Shown piece by piece: positions 1 through 14,700 of a DNA stretch of 64,000 bases. Positions within the stretch are counted from its first letter, which is position 1. Every line of letters starts with the position of its first letter. Source of the stretch: Nemertoderma westbladi (taxonomy: Eukaryota; Animalia; Xenacoelomorpha); NCBI GenBank assembly GCA_032718475.1, contig JAUCBJ010000844.1, positions 1-64,000 of the forward strand. The letters are read 5' to 3'. The notes beneath the pieces were generated by a model that had not been told where the DNA came from, did not search any database, and was given only the letters and a program-made list of their open reading frames with translations. Made by a program: the position numbers and the translations under genes.

Positions 1-913
1 TTGTTTTAGATTTTAGGGCCATATCTCCGTATTTCTAATTCAGGAAATATTCTAAGGAAATCTTGATATCACACTTCAATTGGGATTTTGGTGGATATTA
101 TTTATTATATAATACAATAACTGCTGAAAACAACGGTATGGGAGGTATGAGGGGAGGGGGTTAACTATAATATGCTGAGCCTGATATAATCTGAAATTTA
201 CAGGTACAGAGATTATAAATGCACGTTTTTGAATGGAAAATGTGCCTGTGCTAGTATTATGCACCTTAATTATTACTATAATGATTGCCAGGTGTCACGT
301 CAAAATGATTATAAAATATGAAATATCGAAGGTTTTAAATTTTGTGAAATTTAAAACTGCATATAAAAAACTTAAAAATCTGCATAGGCCGTATGGATCA
401 GTTTCTCCCCAATGATGCAGCGCAGGTTGTATTATAGTATTGATTTCACAAGTTTCAGCTTAACGTATCATAAATAACGAAACTGGAGGAGGATTTCACT
501 TTACTATTATTACTTACTCTTATTATTAACTTATAAGACAATGGGCAAATGGCAAGGCAAGCAGTAGAAGCCACCTTTGCCTCACATCTCTGATTGTAAT
601 CCCAATTATCTTTCCCCCTGCCTTTTCCGTTTGACACATGTCTGTCTGCCAGTCTATTTCTGCCAATAGACATCAATAAAATTAATTTATGAATTTAGGG
701 CCATATTTTATATTTTGATATTATAAAGGGGCCACTGTTAATAAATTTAAAGTAATTAACTGTAGATTATGAACTCAATCTAACATGGGTGTATTTTCCT
801 GGGAAGGCCATTTAATATATTTGTTTTAGGTTTTAGGGCCATTTCATATCTCTGTATTTCTAATTCAGGACATATTCTAAGGAAATCTTGATATCGCACT
901 TCACTTGGGATTT
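1..913. repeat. Dispersed ~90-bp direct repeat (1-88 and 821-913)
   Basis: ttgttttag(a/g)ttttagggcc...ctaaggaaatcttgatatc occurs twice. Confidence 0.75.
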
Positions 914-1848
914 CACTTCAGGATGGGCACTTCAGTGGATGTAGACCTATATTTTTTATTGGTACTAATTATCATCTGGTGTGTTTAAAAATGGCCAAAC
1001 CAAATAATTTAAAAAATAGGCCACAAAATGGCACTCTGCTGTGGCCAAAAGTGCCTTTTTGTGCAAATGGTATTCTGAACAAGTGTCAACATTTCTGAAC
1101 AAATTTCAAATCATTCCAGCAAAAATCGGCGGAGAAATAGCCGATTTCATGACAGAATATAATTCTTAGTTAAAGGTGTTTAATATGTCGCTCCATTTCT
1201 AAATGTAATATGTAGTCTGCGAAAATAACAATATTTCGTACGATCCATCGGTATTGTCTTATTTGCTTACATTTCATAATATCGATCTTACGATTTATAT
1301 TTTCATTGACTTTTTTTATTTTCTGAATTTATTTACTATTTCTCACTGAAAGTGGACATGTTTATTGAATTTTAATAGCAGCAAAATGGCCTACTTTAGA
1401 CCATGTACTTAAAAGGCCATTAAAAAGGATATGGCCCCTACAAAACAATGCCCCCTGTCCTAAAGGCCTGTTTACACGTGGTAACTTTTAGAGCAACTTT
1501 CTCGGCAACTAGCAATGTGTTTGGAGCAATTTAATTTAATCGCTGTTTAATGTTTACACGTGGCAACTTTACCAGCAACTTCACCAGCAAAGTGGCCGGA
1601 AACTTTTATAGCAACTTGGCTATTTTGACTGTAAAATAGTGGGTACTGGTTCAGTATGCATACACCTCTCACCAAATTAAATATTTACTAGCTAGTTTTT
1701 GATAATTTATTTTTTTTGAAATTTAGCCATTTTATTTTGAAAAAATTAATGTTCTAGAACAAATATTTTTTTAGACAAAGGCCTGGTTAGTATTTAAAAA
1801 GTACGGGATGGATATAATACGTATATAAAATGAATAAAATAACTTTTT

Positions 1849-3560
1849 AGCCCGCGTTCACACTACCGAGTCAAAGTCAAAGTTAACCCTATTAAACCTG
1901 GGGGGGAGGGGGCCAATATGACCCCCCCCCGTGGTTTTTTTATTATAATTCTGAGACAAACGCAGTTGGGAATCTGAAATTTTATGACTTTTCCTAAAAC
2001 TCTATTGTATTCCTAGTAGTGAAAACCGTTTTCAAAAATATTGGGTAGTTTTCGAGTTATAGCACCATTTTTTAACCCTACTTTTGGCACTTTTTTTGAG
2101 ACGTTTTTTAAAAATTACATTTCATCAAATATGAATTGTAACATCTCTATTTTTTATTTACACCGGTTTTTTGGTCTTAGCAATTGGATGGAATTCATAT
2201 AAATTGATTTAGAAATTTCAAACTTGTTCTTTTCGGCGGGTGCCAAATTTTGGTGCCAGCACCAAATTTTGAAATATGTCAATTTTGTAAATTGATTGTT
2301 TGAAACTTATTTTTTACGCAATTGGGGTTTTTTTGGGTTCTCATTTCGATGAAATATATACGAGTTGCACCAAGCGTATCAAACTTGTATTTTTCGGTGC
2401 TGTGTGCAAATTTTGGTGCTAGCCCGAAATTTTGAAAATCCATTCAATAGATAAAATTGCTTGTGACAATTTATTTCTTGCATTTTAGAGGTTTATGGCT
2501 GTTCTGAATTCAATGGAATATATAATTATCGAACTAGACATCTCAAACTTGTATTTTTCAGAAGTGGGTGCAAAATGTGGTGCTAGCACCAAATTTTGAA
2601 CACCATCAAATATATCAATTGTCCCATCTTGTTTCCTGCGTTATACGGGTTTGTTATGGTTCTGAATTCAATGGAAACAGTAAAAATTTCATAAGAGTTT
2701 TCAAACTTGTATTTTTCGCCGGTGGGTGAAAATTGTTGTGCCAGCACCAAATTTTGGAAAATGAGTAAATTGATCAGTAGATAGTATCATCTTGTTTCTT
2801 GCGTTATACGGGTTTATGAGGGTCCTGAATCCGATGGAATCAATAAAAACAGCACTGGACATCGCAAACTTGTACTTTTTGGTGATGGGTACGAAATTTG
2901 GTGCTAGCACCAAAATTTTTCAAATTACGCCGAAAAATACAAGTAGCAATGATCTGGCATATTTGAAATGTATTCCATTAGAATCAGCGCCCTAGAAAAC
3001 CTGAAAATGTGAATTTATAGCATCATATAAGTGAATTAAAAATTTTGTGTTCTAACTGAAAAGTGCTGGTTACTTGTTTTTTCATTTTTTTCCTACGCAG
3101 AGAGGACTAAACAGCCATTTATGGTAATCATATCATTTTTAAATATTTTCCAATGTATTTTGCGCCCCAGAAAACCTATATTGAAAAACAATTAGCCGAA
3201 AAATGTAACTTTCAAATTTTGTGAAAATTGTGCACAACTTGTAATTTTGGTGCTGCCACAATATTACCACCCCAGTAAATTCAGACGTTTTCGTTAATAT
3301 TTGTAGATTTAAGAGGGGGAGGGGTCAATATGACCCCCCCCCCCCCCCCCGGTATTTGTACAACATTTTATAGCCCGGTACTAATAAGGTATTAAAAGAC
3401 AAAATGTAAAACATATCACATGAAATTAATTTTTTCTAGAATGCCCTTATGTATTATATTAGGCCTAAATAATGTATTATTATTTATTATTGCTAGCTAG
3501 CTATATTTATTTTCTTTTGAATTTGACCTTGACTTTGACTCGGTAGTGTAAACGCGGTCT
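1849..3560. mobile_element. TIR element (PIF/Harbinger-like MITE) interrupted by a nested element
   Basis: agcccgcgttcacactaccgagtcaaagtcaa versus ttgactttgactcggtagtgtaaacgcggtct (2 mismatches); TSD not clean. Confidence 0.7.
1887..3391. mobile_element. Non-autonomous piggyBac-like element nested in the 1849-3560 element
   Basis: TTAA|CCCTATTA at the left, TAATAAGGTA|TTAA at the right; subterminal gggg(c/t)caatatgaccccc palindromes; about five internal ~160-bp repeats (aaacttgtattttt...ggtgctagcaccaaattttg). Confidence 0.65.
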
Positions 3561-4368
3561 TAAAATTTTTGAAATTTTTCAATTAAATTATCATGATATC
3601 TAGTAAAATTTATGGTAGCTAATAAATAATAAAAGCAATGATTAAAGTAATTTCAACAAGAAATTTTTTTTTTAATTTTTATTGTTTCACTAGCTAATAA
3701 AAAGTACTAGCTAACACGAAATCAAAATTTCTAGCTACAATCTTACTGTTAAAATGTCAAATGTTCTAGAATAAAAACCTCATGATAAAAGCTATTTTTC
3801 AAAAGAAAAAATTGGACTTCAGGATTTCTCTCACAAAAAAACCGCTTTATCTAATATTGTTTAATTTAATTTGAATATATTTATAAAAACCTTTAAAAAG
3901 GATTGTCCCATGCAATACAATATTCCATTGGAGCCACTAAAATTCAAAATGACCTCTATTGGACACTGTTCATAAAGGGCCACCAAAAAATGAAATGGCT
4001 CTTACAAGACATTGTCCATTAGAGCCACTTACATATGAAATATATTTCATATATATTAGGCAATTTTCCCTTAAAGCCATTCAAATCTGAAATGGCCCAT
4101 ATTGGATAGTGTCGCTTGGAGCCACTTAGCTATAATGTGGCCCGATATTAGCCAATTTTTATCAAACGCCTTTGAAAAGGCAATGGCCCATGCAAGACCA
4201 TGTTCCATTTGAGCCAAAAGTTCGAAATGGCCTTAATTAGTCACTGTTCATAAAGGGCCACTAAAAAATATAATGGTTCTTACAAGACAATGTCCCCTTG
4301 GAGCCACCCAAATGACAAATATTATTTAGATTATCTAAAAATAAAAAAAATAAAATGTTTGTTACAAT

Positions 4369-4939
4369 ATTTTGTTACATTATGTCAACTTAACAGCGTT
4401 CTGGTGAATTACTCATAACGCTGCAAAGTACTACTTTGCAGCGTTGCGGAACGTTGCAAAGTAATCAATGACATGGAAACAACTTCAATTACCGTATTCC
4501 AGAATGTATTATTTCCATTTATGTTAATGATTGCAGCTTTATTATCCAATTTGCAGTGACGGGACTAGCTACTGGATGTAAATAATTGTTTAACATGTAC
4601 TGTAATCCATTATGGCGAAGCGTCCAATAGAAGACACTAAATTAACCAAAGAAAGTGACGACAGTGTTCAGTAAAACTGTACGGACACAGACGGTGAATA
4701 AGTTTGCTTCAGTCGACTATAGTCAAGATGGATTAATGATTTATCACATCCAAGCAGGAGATAACTTCCAATAAACTTTAATTAGATTTAAATGTATAAT
4801 TAATACTGTGTACCAGTGTACCTGTTAATAAATTTCACTTATATTCGATATAGTACATGATTAAAATGTATAAATGAGTATCCATAAAATCCTTTCTTCA
4901 CAAACCGAACGCTGATAAGTTGACATAATGTAACAAAAT
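4369..4939. mobile_element. Inverted-repeat-bounded element (33-bp IR, 1 mismatch)
   Basis: attttgttacattatgtcaacttaacagcgttc versus gaacgctgataagttgacataatgtaacaaaat. Confidence 0.6.
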
Positions 4940-4943
4940 TACA

Positions 4944-5084
4944 TACATCATTGCTTGCAAAGGTCACTTTTCAGTGTTAAAGACCCTTGTTTATTGATGT
5001 AAACCTCCCTCGCTGCGCTCGCTCGGTACATAAATAAACTCGGGTCATAACGCTGCAAAGTGCTACTTTGCACACAATGATGTA
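4944..5084. repeat. Imperfect ~140-bp palindrome with a central ctcgctgcgctcgctcg motif
   Basis: tacatcattg...caatgatgta arms; the arm motif cataacgctgcaaagt also occurs at about 4414. Confidence 0.6.
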
Positions 5085-7115
5085 AATAGTTATTAGATTT
5101 AATTAATACGGGATAAAATTCACATTATATTTAATAGGCCTATAGATAATTGTTACATTAGGGTAAGAGGCAAAACGTCTACATTTATGTCTCCAATATA
5201 TGAATTACTGGTGGGGGATGGAATTCGTAGGGGTCGTAAGATGTATTTAGGCTAGTCTATAAACTAATCCCCCACCAATGACAAAATGTTAATAATGAAG
5301 TGTATAGTACGCGAAATAGTGATAAGTTATCCTTCCTAGAGGTACCGAACGGTCATACATTATTTCTTAAAAAAGCACAAATTTTAATCGCTTGTCAGTG
5401 AGAATTTATTAAAACCTGTTGTTATTTACAGTATTGTTATTTACAATTTAACATATTTTGTTTGCACAAGTTTCGATCTTCAAACGGCTGAGACATCCAA
5501 ATAGTGGCGCAAATTGACCATTAGTGAAAAGGTATTGTTTATTGTTTTGGGTAGAAAACACCGCCACTAATGTTTGAAATTTAAATAAATTAATTTTTTA
5601 AATCATCTAAAAAACACATATTTTGTGTTTCCGGTCACTTTGCGCCATTAACTCGAGAAATCACATCCGCGTTTTTGACTGTCGGTCATAAGTGATAATA
5701 ATTATCTATAACGAAAGACTTAAAATCGTCTAAAAACTACTTATTGTACAACTCATAATCAGAAATTACACAAAAGTGAATTGTATGCGTTATTGTAGAT
5801 ATATATATTTTTTAAAATATCTGCAAAGGCATTTTTGGCTGTAGAATTAAATTGATAATAAATACTATTGTTTACCGCTAGGGGTGCAAGTTAAATTCAT
5901 AAGAACTAAAGGCAATTTCCTTGTAATTGTTTATTTTGGGCCATTATGCCTAGATTGGGCCATTTTGTTCTAGGTGGGCCATATTTGCCCTAAGAGGACG
6001 TGTACCTTTTGGGCCATCGTAGTAGGATTAGGGCCATTGCTCCAAGCCCAAGGCCATTTAAGGGCCATTGGACCTTTAAAAGGTGGCCCTAATAGTGGGA
6101 AAGCTTATATATATGTATATATATATTCATATTCATATATATAGGCATTTAAGGGGGGGGGGGGGGGGGGGGGTAGCGCATTTTGTGACCAAAAATGAGA
6201 ATTTTTGAAACATATCCTATGCAGAATTTCGTGCTGAATCCAAATATGGAAACCGTTTTCCCATATCTTGCTTAGTTTTCGAGATATCATGGATAGAAGA
6301 TACTGGCTCCGATATATGGCAATATCGGTAAAGGCGATGAAGTTTGGGGTTTGCATTCAATTTCTGCAAATTTCTGTGCTCAGTCGTGCCAATTGAATGT
6401 CTCCACGAGAAAGAGCACAAAATTTTAATTGAGAAGGTATTTTTTTATGATTATTGGACCTACTTGTCAGTTTATAAGACAACTTCAAGTCTCCGGAATG
6501 AAGACATGACTCGAATAAGCGACTCGCTGTCTTTGCAGGATTACACAGAATAGACTTATCGGTCATCGGAGATCTTCAAAATGTATAATCTCCAGTTCTA
6601 GTGGTCGTACGGAGTTCGTTTTAGGCTCATTCGAAAGCTCTTTTCTTAGAGAACAAAGTTACCAACTAGAATAACGTAAGTAATACTTAATATTATACAG
6701 TTACAATACACTTACCATGCACATAGCCCATACAATACACACTCGATACATCCATACAATACACACTGTCCCCCCCCCCCCCCCCCAGAAACCCTCTGCC
6801 AATCCCGCTGCACCCCACCCACTTCCATCCCACTCTGAATCGGGAGAAACCGGACCCGCTCGCCGCATTAAGTCGCTGGTGTCACAAAGGTGCTTTTAAG
6901 CAAGGTATGGCGAAAATAATAAGTTGAGTGTAATAGTCTTCACCTGGGAAAATAACCACGAATCACGATTGAGTGGTGCACAATAACATTTGTTTAATAT
7001 TAATGCAATTTTTGAATAATTTTGACAAGATATGCCACACCATCACCCACTTCTTAGTAAAATACGAAAAGCAAGATAAAACATTCTGACTGGGAGAAAG
7101 AAAAAATAAGGAATA

Positions 7116-7470
7116 TTAGTAACCCAGCGAATTAAACCTGTTTGTTGCCTCGATAAAAGTTGCGACAGCCGAAATAAGGACAGGTGTTTTAGATGCAACG
7201 ATGCTGGGGGTGCCAGTAGGTCCATGTAAGATAACATGAACCGAAAAACGGAGGTAAAGTTGTAACATGGACTGATTAAGTACCAATCGAGGGCCAGTGT
7301 ACCGCATGCATTCCATAAAATATTGGTACACATCTTCGCAGGGATGGCCGCACCCACAAGTTCTATAACTAGGAACCTTTGCACGAAATAAGTCGTCATT
7401 TAAAGACGAACATATGCATCGCATACGAGCAAGCAGGCTTAAGAAATGGTTTCCTGTCTGCCACCTGATG
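7116..7470 (-). pseudogene. 3' fragment of a CR1-like LINE ORF2 (Cys-rich C-terminus)
   Basis: LARMRCICSSLNDDLFR...CGCGHPCEDVYQYFMECMRY...R...ILHG...AVATFIEATNRF. Confidence 0.75.
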
Positions 7471-7569
7471 TACTATTTCGTGACATGTGGACTGTGGAGT
7501 GGAGGAAAAATGTCTTTGGGTGTAAAATATGAAATGTGGCACCTATGAGGATATGTTGCTTGCATGTGA

Positions 7570-8693
7570 TGGCGGTTATGGGTCATTTGTATTTGAGTTT
7601 ACATTGGGTGAAATATAGTTGGTTCTTTTCTCACCTACATAATTAATTGGTGGTGTTGCTTCTGTGACAATATTAGAAACAGTAGGCGTATTGTTACTGG
7701 TCTTACTATTACCGAGATATGAGTTCGACCCATAGACGGAGGAATGCCATGCGGCATCTGTATCTAATTGAATTTTTATTTGATACATTAACCATTCAAG
7801 GTCGTCTATATCATTGTGTTTTATTCGCAAAACACGTAGGTAATGCTCGCATAACATGTTTATGATAATCACTTATACTCTTTTATTGTGACACCTAATA
7901 CATCCAAAGTCCATATGCTGGAGCGATAAGAATAATAAATTTTCTCCTAAGGTTATCTTTTTTCCAAATCGCTGAGTTATGTTATGCATTTCCTCAATAT
8001 GACACCTGATTATCCAACTTTCATTACCAAATTAGGTCCATTGCAATTATGTAATTGTCACCAGAAACGGGTAAGCCAGCGACAATATCCTTTGCTGGGC
8101 CTCTCAGACTTTGCATTAAGTATTGAAATTACAAATGTCAGGTAATCCCGAACCATGGACTGCTGAAACAAATGCATCATGCCACCCACTTTATTCCAAT
8201 GTATTTCCATCAAAATTTGCTGGTTTTAACTTCGGTAAAAACGAACGTGCAAATAAACTAATGTTTTCAAAAGTGAATTCTCTCGCTCGTGCAGAGCATG
8301 GGCTTACAGTGGACTTACAGTACCACTTGCCCCTACTGCACTATCTAGTCCTACTCTACTGTCTACCGCTACTGTAGAATGAGTAAGTTCATGTAAAGTT
8401 AGATATTTTTTTAATTTAGTTATTGTGTACATTAATACTACTTCATAGTCATTTGCATCTACCGAGTCATTCTTTACGAATTCTTTATGTGCTAGAGACC
8501 ATATTATATCCTCGTTTATTTGGTAGAGTTGTTGTTTGTAACCTTCAAGAGACGTTATCTTACTGTTGAGTGTTACCTCGTTGAATTTATCACTATCACC
8601 GATCTTGTCAATGGTTTTGATAATCATCGAGCGAATGCCACCACACTTATCGATTAACTTCTTGAATTCTTCTTTGTTTTGATCGTTAGCCAT
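7570..8693 (-). pseudogene. Degenerate BEL/Pao LTR-retrotransposon gag (DUF1759-like)
   Basis: LPKLKPANFDGNTLE*SGWHDAFVSAVH, then after a frameshift YLMQSLRGPAKDIVAGLPVSGDNY; contains stops and frameshifts. Confidence 0.8.
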
Positions 8694-8773
8694 AGTTGAT
8701 TTGATTATTACCTTAGTGAATGTAACGTCACGTTGTTACATTGAGTTTTGATGGCGTAACGTCACGTTGTTAT

Positions 8774-11700
8774 GTTTAATATTATATAACTTACGAGGTG
8801 GTTCAGCTGTTTAATATTATATAACTTATGAGGTGGTTCAGCTGTTTAATATTATTTAAGTTATGAGGTGGTTCAGCTGTTTAATATTATATAACTTATG
8901 AGGTGGTTCAGCTGTTTAATATTATATAACTTATGAGGTGGTTCAGCTGTTTAATATTCTATAACTTATGAGGTGGTTCAGCTGTTTAATATTATTTAAG
9001 TTATGAGGTGGTTCAGCTGTTTAATATTATTTAACTTATGAGGTGGTTCAGCTGTTTAATATTATTTAAGTTATAAGGTGATTCAGCTGTTTAATATTAT
9101 ATAACTTATGAGGTGGTTCAGCTGTTTAATATTATTTAAGTTATGAGGTGGTTCAGCTGTTTAATATTATATAACTTATGAGGTGGTTCAGCTGTTTAAT
9201 ATTCTATAACTTATGAGGTGGTTCAGCTGTTTAATATTATATAACTTACGAGGTGGTTCAGCTGTTTAATATTATATAACTTATGAGGTGGTTCAGCTGT
9301 TTAATATTATTTAAGTTATGAGGTGGTTCAGCTGTTTAATATTATATAACTTATGAGGTGGTTCAGCTGTTTAATATTATATAACTTATGAGGTGGTTCA
9401 GCTGTTTAATATTCTATAACTTATGAGGTGGTTCAGCTGTTTAATATTATTTAAGTTATGAGGTGGTTCAGCTGTTTAATATTATTTAACTTACGAGGTG
9501 GTTCAGCAGTTTAATATTATTTAACTTATGAGGTGATTCAGCTGTTTAATATTATTTAACTTACGAGGTGATTCAGCTGTTTAATATTATTTAACTTACA
9601 AGGTGGTTCAGCAGTTTAATATTATTTAACTTATGAGGTGGTTCAGCTGTTTAATATTATTTAACTTACGAGGTGATTCAGCTGTTTAATATTATTTAAG
9701 TTATGAGGTGGTTCAGCTGTTTAATATTATTTAAGTTATGAGGTGGTTCAGCTGTTTAATATTATATAACTTATGAGGTGGTTCAGCTGTTTAATATTCT
9801 ATAACTTATGAGGTGGTTCAGCTGTTTAATATTATTTAAGTTATGAGGTGGTTCAGCTGTTTAATATTATTTAACTTACAAGGTGGTTCAGCAGTTTAAT
9901 ATTATTTAACTTATGAGGTGGTTCAGCTGTTTAATATTATTTAACTTACGAGGTGATTCAGCTGTTTAATATTATTTAAGTTATGAGGTGGTTCAGCTGT
10001 TTAATATTATTTAAGTTATGAGGTGGTTCAGCTGTTTAATATTATTTAACTTACAAGGTTGTTCAGCTGTTTAATATTATTTAAGTTATGAGGTGGTTCA
10101 GCTGTTTAATATTATATAACTTATGAGGTGGTTCAGCTGTTTAATATTATTTAAGTTATGAGGTGGTTCAGCTGTTTAATATTATATAACTTATGAGGTG
10201 GTTCAGCTGTTTAATATTCTATAACTTATGAGGTGGTTCAGCTGTTTAATATTATTTAAGTTATGAGGTGGTTCAGCTGTTTAATATTATTTAAGTTATG
10301 AGGTGGTTCAGCTATTTAATATTATATAACTTATGAGGTGGTTCAGCTGTTTAATATTATTTAAGTTATGAGGTGGTTCAGCTGTTTAATATTATATAAC
10401 TTATGAGGTGGTTCAGCTGTTTAATATTCTATAACTTATGAGGTGGTTCAGCTGTTTAATATTCTATAACTTATGAGGTGGTTCAGCTGTTTAATATTAT
10501 TTAAGTTATGAGGTGGTTCAGCTGTTTAATATTATATAACTTATGAGGTGGTTCAGCTGTTTAATATTCTATAACTTATGAGGTGGTTCAGTTATTTAAT
10601 ATAATTTAACTTATGAGGTGGTTCAGCTGTTAAATATTATTTACCTTACAAGGTTGTTCACCTGTTTAATATTATTTAAGTTATGAGGTGGTTCAGCTGT
10701 TTAATATTATTTAATTTACGAGGTGGTTCAGTTATTTAATATAATTTAACTTATGAGGTGGTTCAGCTGTTAAATATTATTTAACTTACAAGGTTGTTCA
10801 CCTGTTTAATATTATTTAACTTATGAGGTGGTTCAGCTGTTTAATATTATATAACTTATGAGGTGGTTCAGCTGTTTAATATTATTTAACTTACGAGGTG
10901 GTTCAGCTGTTTAATAATATATAACTTATGAGGTGGTTCAGCTGTTTAATATTATATAACTTATGATGAGGTTCAGCTGTTTAATATTCTATAACTTATG
11001 AGGTGGTTCAGCTGTTTAATATTATTTAAGTTATGAGGTGGTTCAGCAGTTTAATATTATATAACTTATGAGGTGGTTCAGCTGTTTAATATTATTTAAA
11101 ATATGAGGTGGTTCAGCTGTTTAATATTATATAACTTATGAGGTGGTTCAGCAGTTTAATATTATATAACTTATGAGGTGGTTCAGCTGTTTAATATTAT
11201 TTAAGATATGAGGTGGTTCAGCTGTTTAATATTATATAACTTACGAGGTGGTTCAGCTGTTTAATATTATTTAACTTACGAGGTGGTTCAGCTGTTTAAT
11301 ATTATATAACTTATGAGGTGGTTCAGCTGTTTAATATTCTATAACTTATGAGGTGGTTCAGCTGTTTAATATTATATAACTTATGAGGTGGTTCAGCTGT
11401 TTAATATTATATAACTTACGAGGTGGTTCAGCTGTTTAATATTATATAACTTATGAGGTGGTTCAGCTGTTTAATATTATTTAAGTTATGAGGTGTTTCA
11501 GCTGTTTAATATTATATAACTTATGAGGTGGTTCAGCTGTTTAATATTATATAACTTATGAGGTGGTTCAGCTGTTTAATATTCTATAACTTATGAGGTG
11601 GTTCAGCTGTTTAATATTATTTAAGTTATGAGGTGGTTCAGCTGTTTAATATTATTTAACTTATGAGGTGGTTCAGCTGTTTAATATTATTTAAGTTATA

Positions 11701-14700
11701 AGGTGATTCAGCTGTTTAATATTATATAACTTATGAGGTGGTTCAGCTGTTTAATATTATTTAAGTTATGAGGTGGTTCAGCTGTTTAATATTATATAAC
11801 TTATGAGGTGGTTCAGCTGTTTAATATTCTATAACTTATGAGGTGGTTCAGCTGTGTAATATTATATAACTTACGAGGTGGTTCAGCTGTTTAATATTAT
11901 ATAACTTATGAGGTGGTTCAGCTGTTTAATATTCTATAACTTATGAGGTGGTTCAGCTGTTTAATATTATTTAAGTTATGAGGTGGTTCAGCTGTTTAAT
12001 ATTATTTAACTTACGAAGTGGTTCAGCAGTTTAATATTATTTAACTTATGAGGTGATTCAGCTGTTTAATATTATTTAACTTACGAGGTGATTCAGCTGT
12101 TTAATATTATTTAACTTACAAGGTGGTTCAGCAGTTTAATATTATTTAACTTATGAGGTGGTTCAGCTGTTTAATATTATTTAACTTACGAGGTGATTCA
12201 GCTGTTTAATATTATTTAAGTTATGAGGTGGTTCAGCTGTTTAATATTATATAACTTATGAGGTGGTTCAGCTGTTTAATATTATTTAAGTTATGAGGTG
12301 GTTCAGCTGTTTAATATTATTTAAGTTATGAGGTGGTTCAGCTGTTTAATATTATTTAATTTACAAGGTTGTTCAGCTGTTTAATATTATATAACTTATG
12401 AGGAGGTTCAGCTGTTTAATATTCTATAACTTATGAGGTGGTTCAGCTGTTTAATATTATTTAAGTTATGAGGTGGTTCAGCAGTTTAATATTATATAAC
12501 TTATGAGGTGGTTCAGCTGTTTAATATTATTTAAGTTATGAGGTGGTTCAGCTGTTTAATATTATATAACTTATGAGGTGGTTCAGCTGTTTAATATTAT
12601 TTAAGTTATGAGGTGGTTCAGCTGTTTAATATTATATAACTTATGAGGTGGTTCAGCAGTTTAATATTATATAACTTATGAGGTGGTTCAGCTGTTTAAT
12701 ATTATTTAAGTTATGAGGTGGTTCAGCTGTTTAATATTATATAACTTATGAGGTGGTTCAGCTGTTTAATATTCTATAACTTATGAGGTGGTTCAGCTGT
12801 TTAATATTATTTAAGTTATGAGGTGGTTCAGCAGTTTAATATTATATAACTTATGAGGTGGTTCAGCTGTTTAATATTATTTAAGTTATGAGGTGGTTCA
12901 GCTGTTTAATATTATATAACTTATGAGGTGGTTCAGCTGTTTAATATTCTATAACTTATGAGGTGGTTCAGCTGTTTAATATTATATAACTTACGAGGTG
13001 GTTCAGCTGTTTAATATTATATAACTTATGAGGTGGTTCAGCTGTTTAATATTATTTAAGTTATGAGGTGGTTCAGCTGTTTAATATTATATAACTTATG
13101 AGGTGGTTCAGCTGTTTAATATTATATAACTTATGAGGTGGTTCAGCTGTTTAATATTCTATAACTTATGAGGTGGTTCAGCTGTTTAATATTATTTAAG
13201 TTATGAGGTGGTTCAGCTGTTTAATATTATTTAACTTATGAGGTGGTTCAGCTGTTTAATATTATTTAAGTTATAAGGTGATTCAGCTGTTTAATATTAT
13301 ATAACTTATGAGGTGGTTCAGCTGTTTAATATTATTTAAGTTATGAGGTGGTTCAGCTGTTTAATATTATATAACTTATGAGGTGGTTCAGCTGTTTAAT
13401 ATTCTATAACTTATGAGGTGGTTCAGCTGTTTAATATTATATAACTTACGAGGTGGTTCAGCTGTTTAATATTATATAACTTATGAGGTGGTTCAGCTGT
13501 TTAATATTATTTAAGTTATGAGGTGGTTCAGCTGTTTAATATTATATAACTTATGAGGTGGTTCAGCTGTTTAATATTATATAACTTATGAGGTGGTTCA
13601 GCTGTTTAATATTCTATAACTTATGAGGTGGTTCAGCTGTTTAATATTATTTAAGTTATGAGGTGGTTCAGCTGTTTAATATTATTTAACTTACGAGGTG
13701 GTTCAGCAGTTTAATATTATTTAACTTATGAGGTGATTCAGCTGTTTAATATTATTTAACTTACGAGGTGATTCAGCTGTTTAATATTATTTAACTTACA
13801 AGGTGGTTCAGCAGTTTAATATTATTTAACTTATGAGGTGGTTCAGCTGTTTAATATTATTTAACTTACGAGGTGATTCAGCTGTTTAATATTATTTAAG
13901 TTATGAGGTGGTTCAGCTGTTTAATATTATTTAAGTTATGAGGTGGTTCAGCTGTTTAATATTATATAACTTATGAGGTGGTTCAGCTGTTTAATATTCT
14001 ATAACTTATGAGGTGGTTCAGCTGTTTAATATTATTTAAGTTATGAGGTGGTTCAGCTGTTTAATATTATTTAACTTACAAGGTGGTTCAGCAGTTTAAT
14101 ATTATTTAACTTATGAGGTGGTTCAGCTGTTTAATATTATTTAACTTACGAGGTGATTCAGCTGTTTAATATTATTTAAGTTATGAGGTGGTTCAGCTGT
14201 TTAATATTATTTAAGTTATGAGGTGGTTCAGCTGTTTAATATTATTTAACTTACAAGGTTGTTCAGCTGTTTAATATTATTTAATTTATGAGGTGGTTCA
14301 GCTGTTTAATATTATATAACTTATGAGGTGGTTCAGCTGTTTAATATTATTTAAGTTATGAGGTGGTTCAGCTGTTTAATATTATATAACTTATGAGGTG
14401 GTTCAGCTGTTTAATATTCTATAACTTATGAGGTGGTTCAGCTGTTTAATATTATTTAAGTTATGAGGTGGTTCAGCTGTTTAATATTATTTAAGTTATG
14501 AGGTGGTTCAGCTGTTTAATATTATATAACTTATGAGGTGGTTCAGCTGTTTAATATTATTTAAGTTATGAGGTGGTTCAGCTGTTTAATATTATATAAC
14601 TTATGAGGTGGTTCAGCTGTTTAATATTCTATAACTTATGAGGTGGTTCAGCTGTTTAATATTCTATAACTTATGAGGTGGTTCAGCTGTTTAATATTAT

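Noticed and set aside
6700-6790. CATG|GTAAGT donor-like site as the next exon of the gene
   Set aside because: The upstream sequence is low-complexity GT-rich and poly-G with no convincing coding content; no downstream exon could be supported in 1-8700.
76-6899. Short ORFs in the first 7 kb
   Set aside because: No recognisable domains; they lie in AT-rich or MITE sequence.
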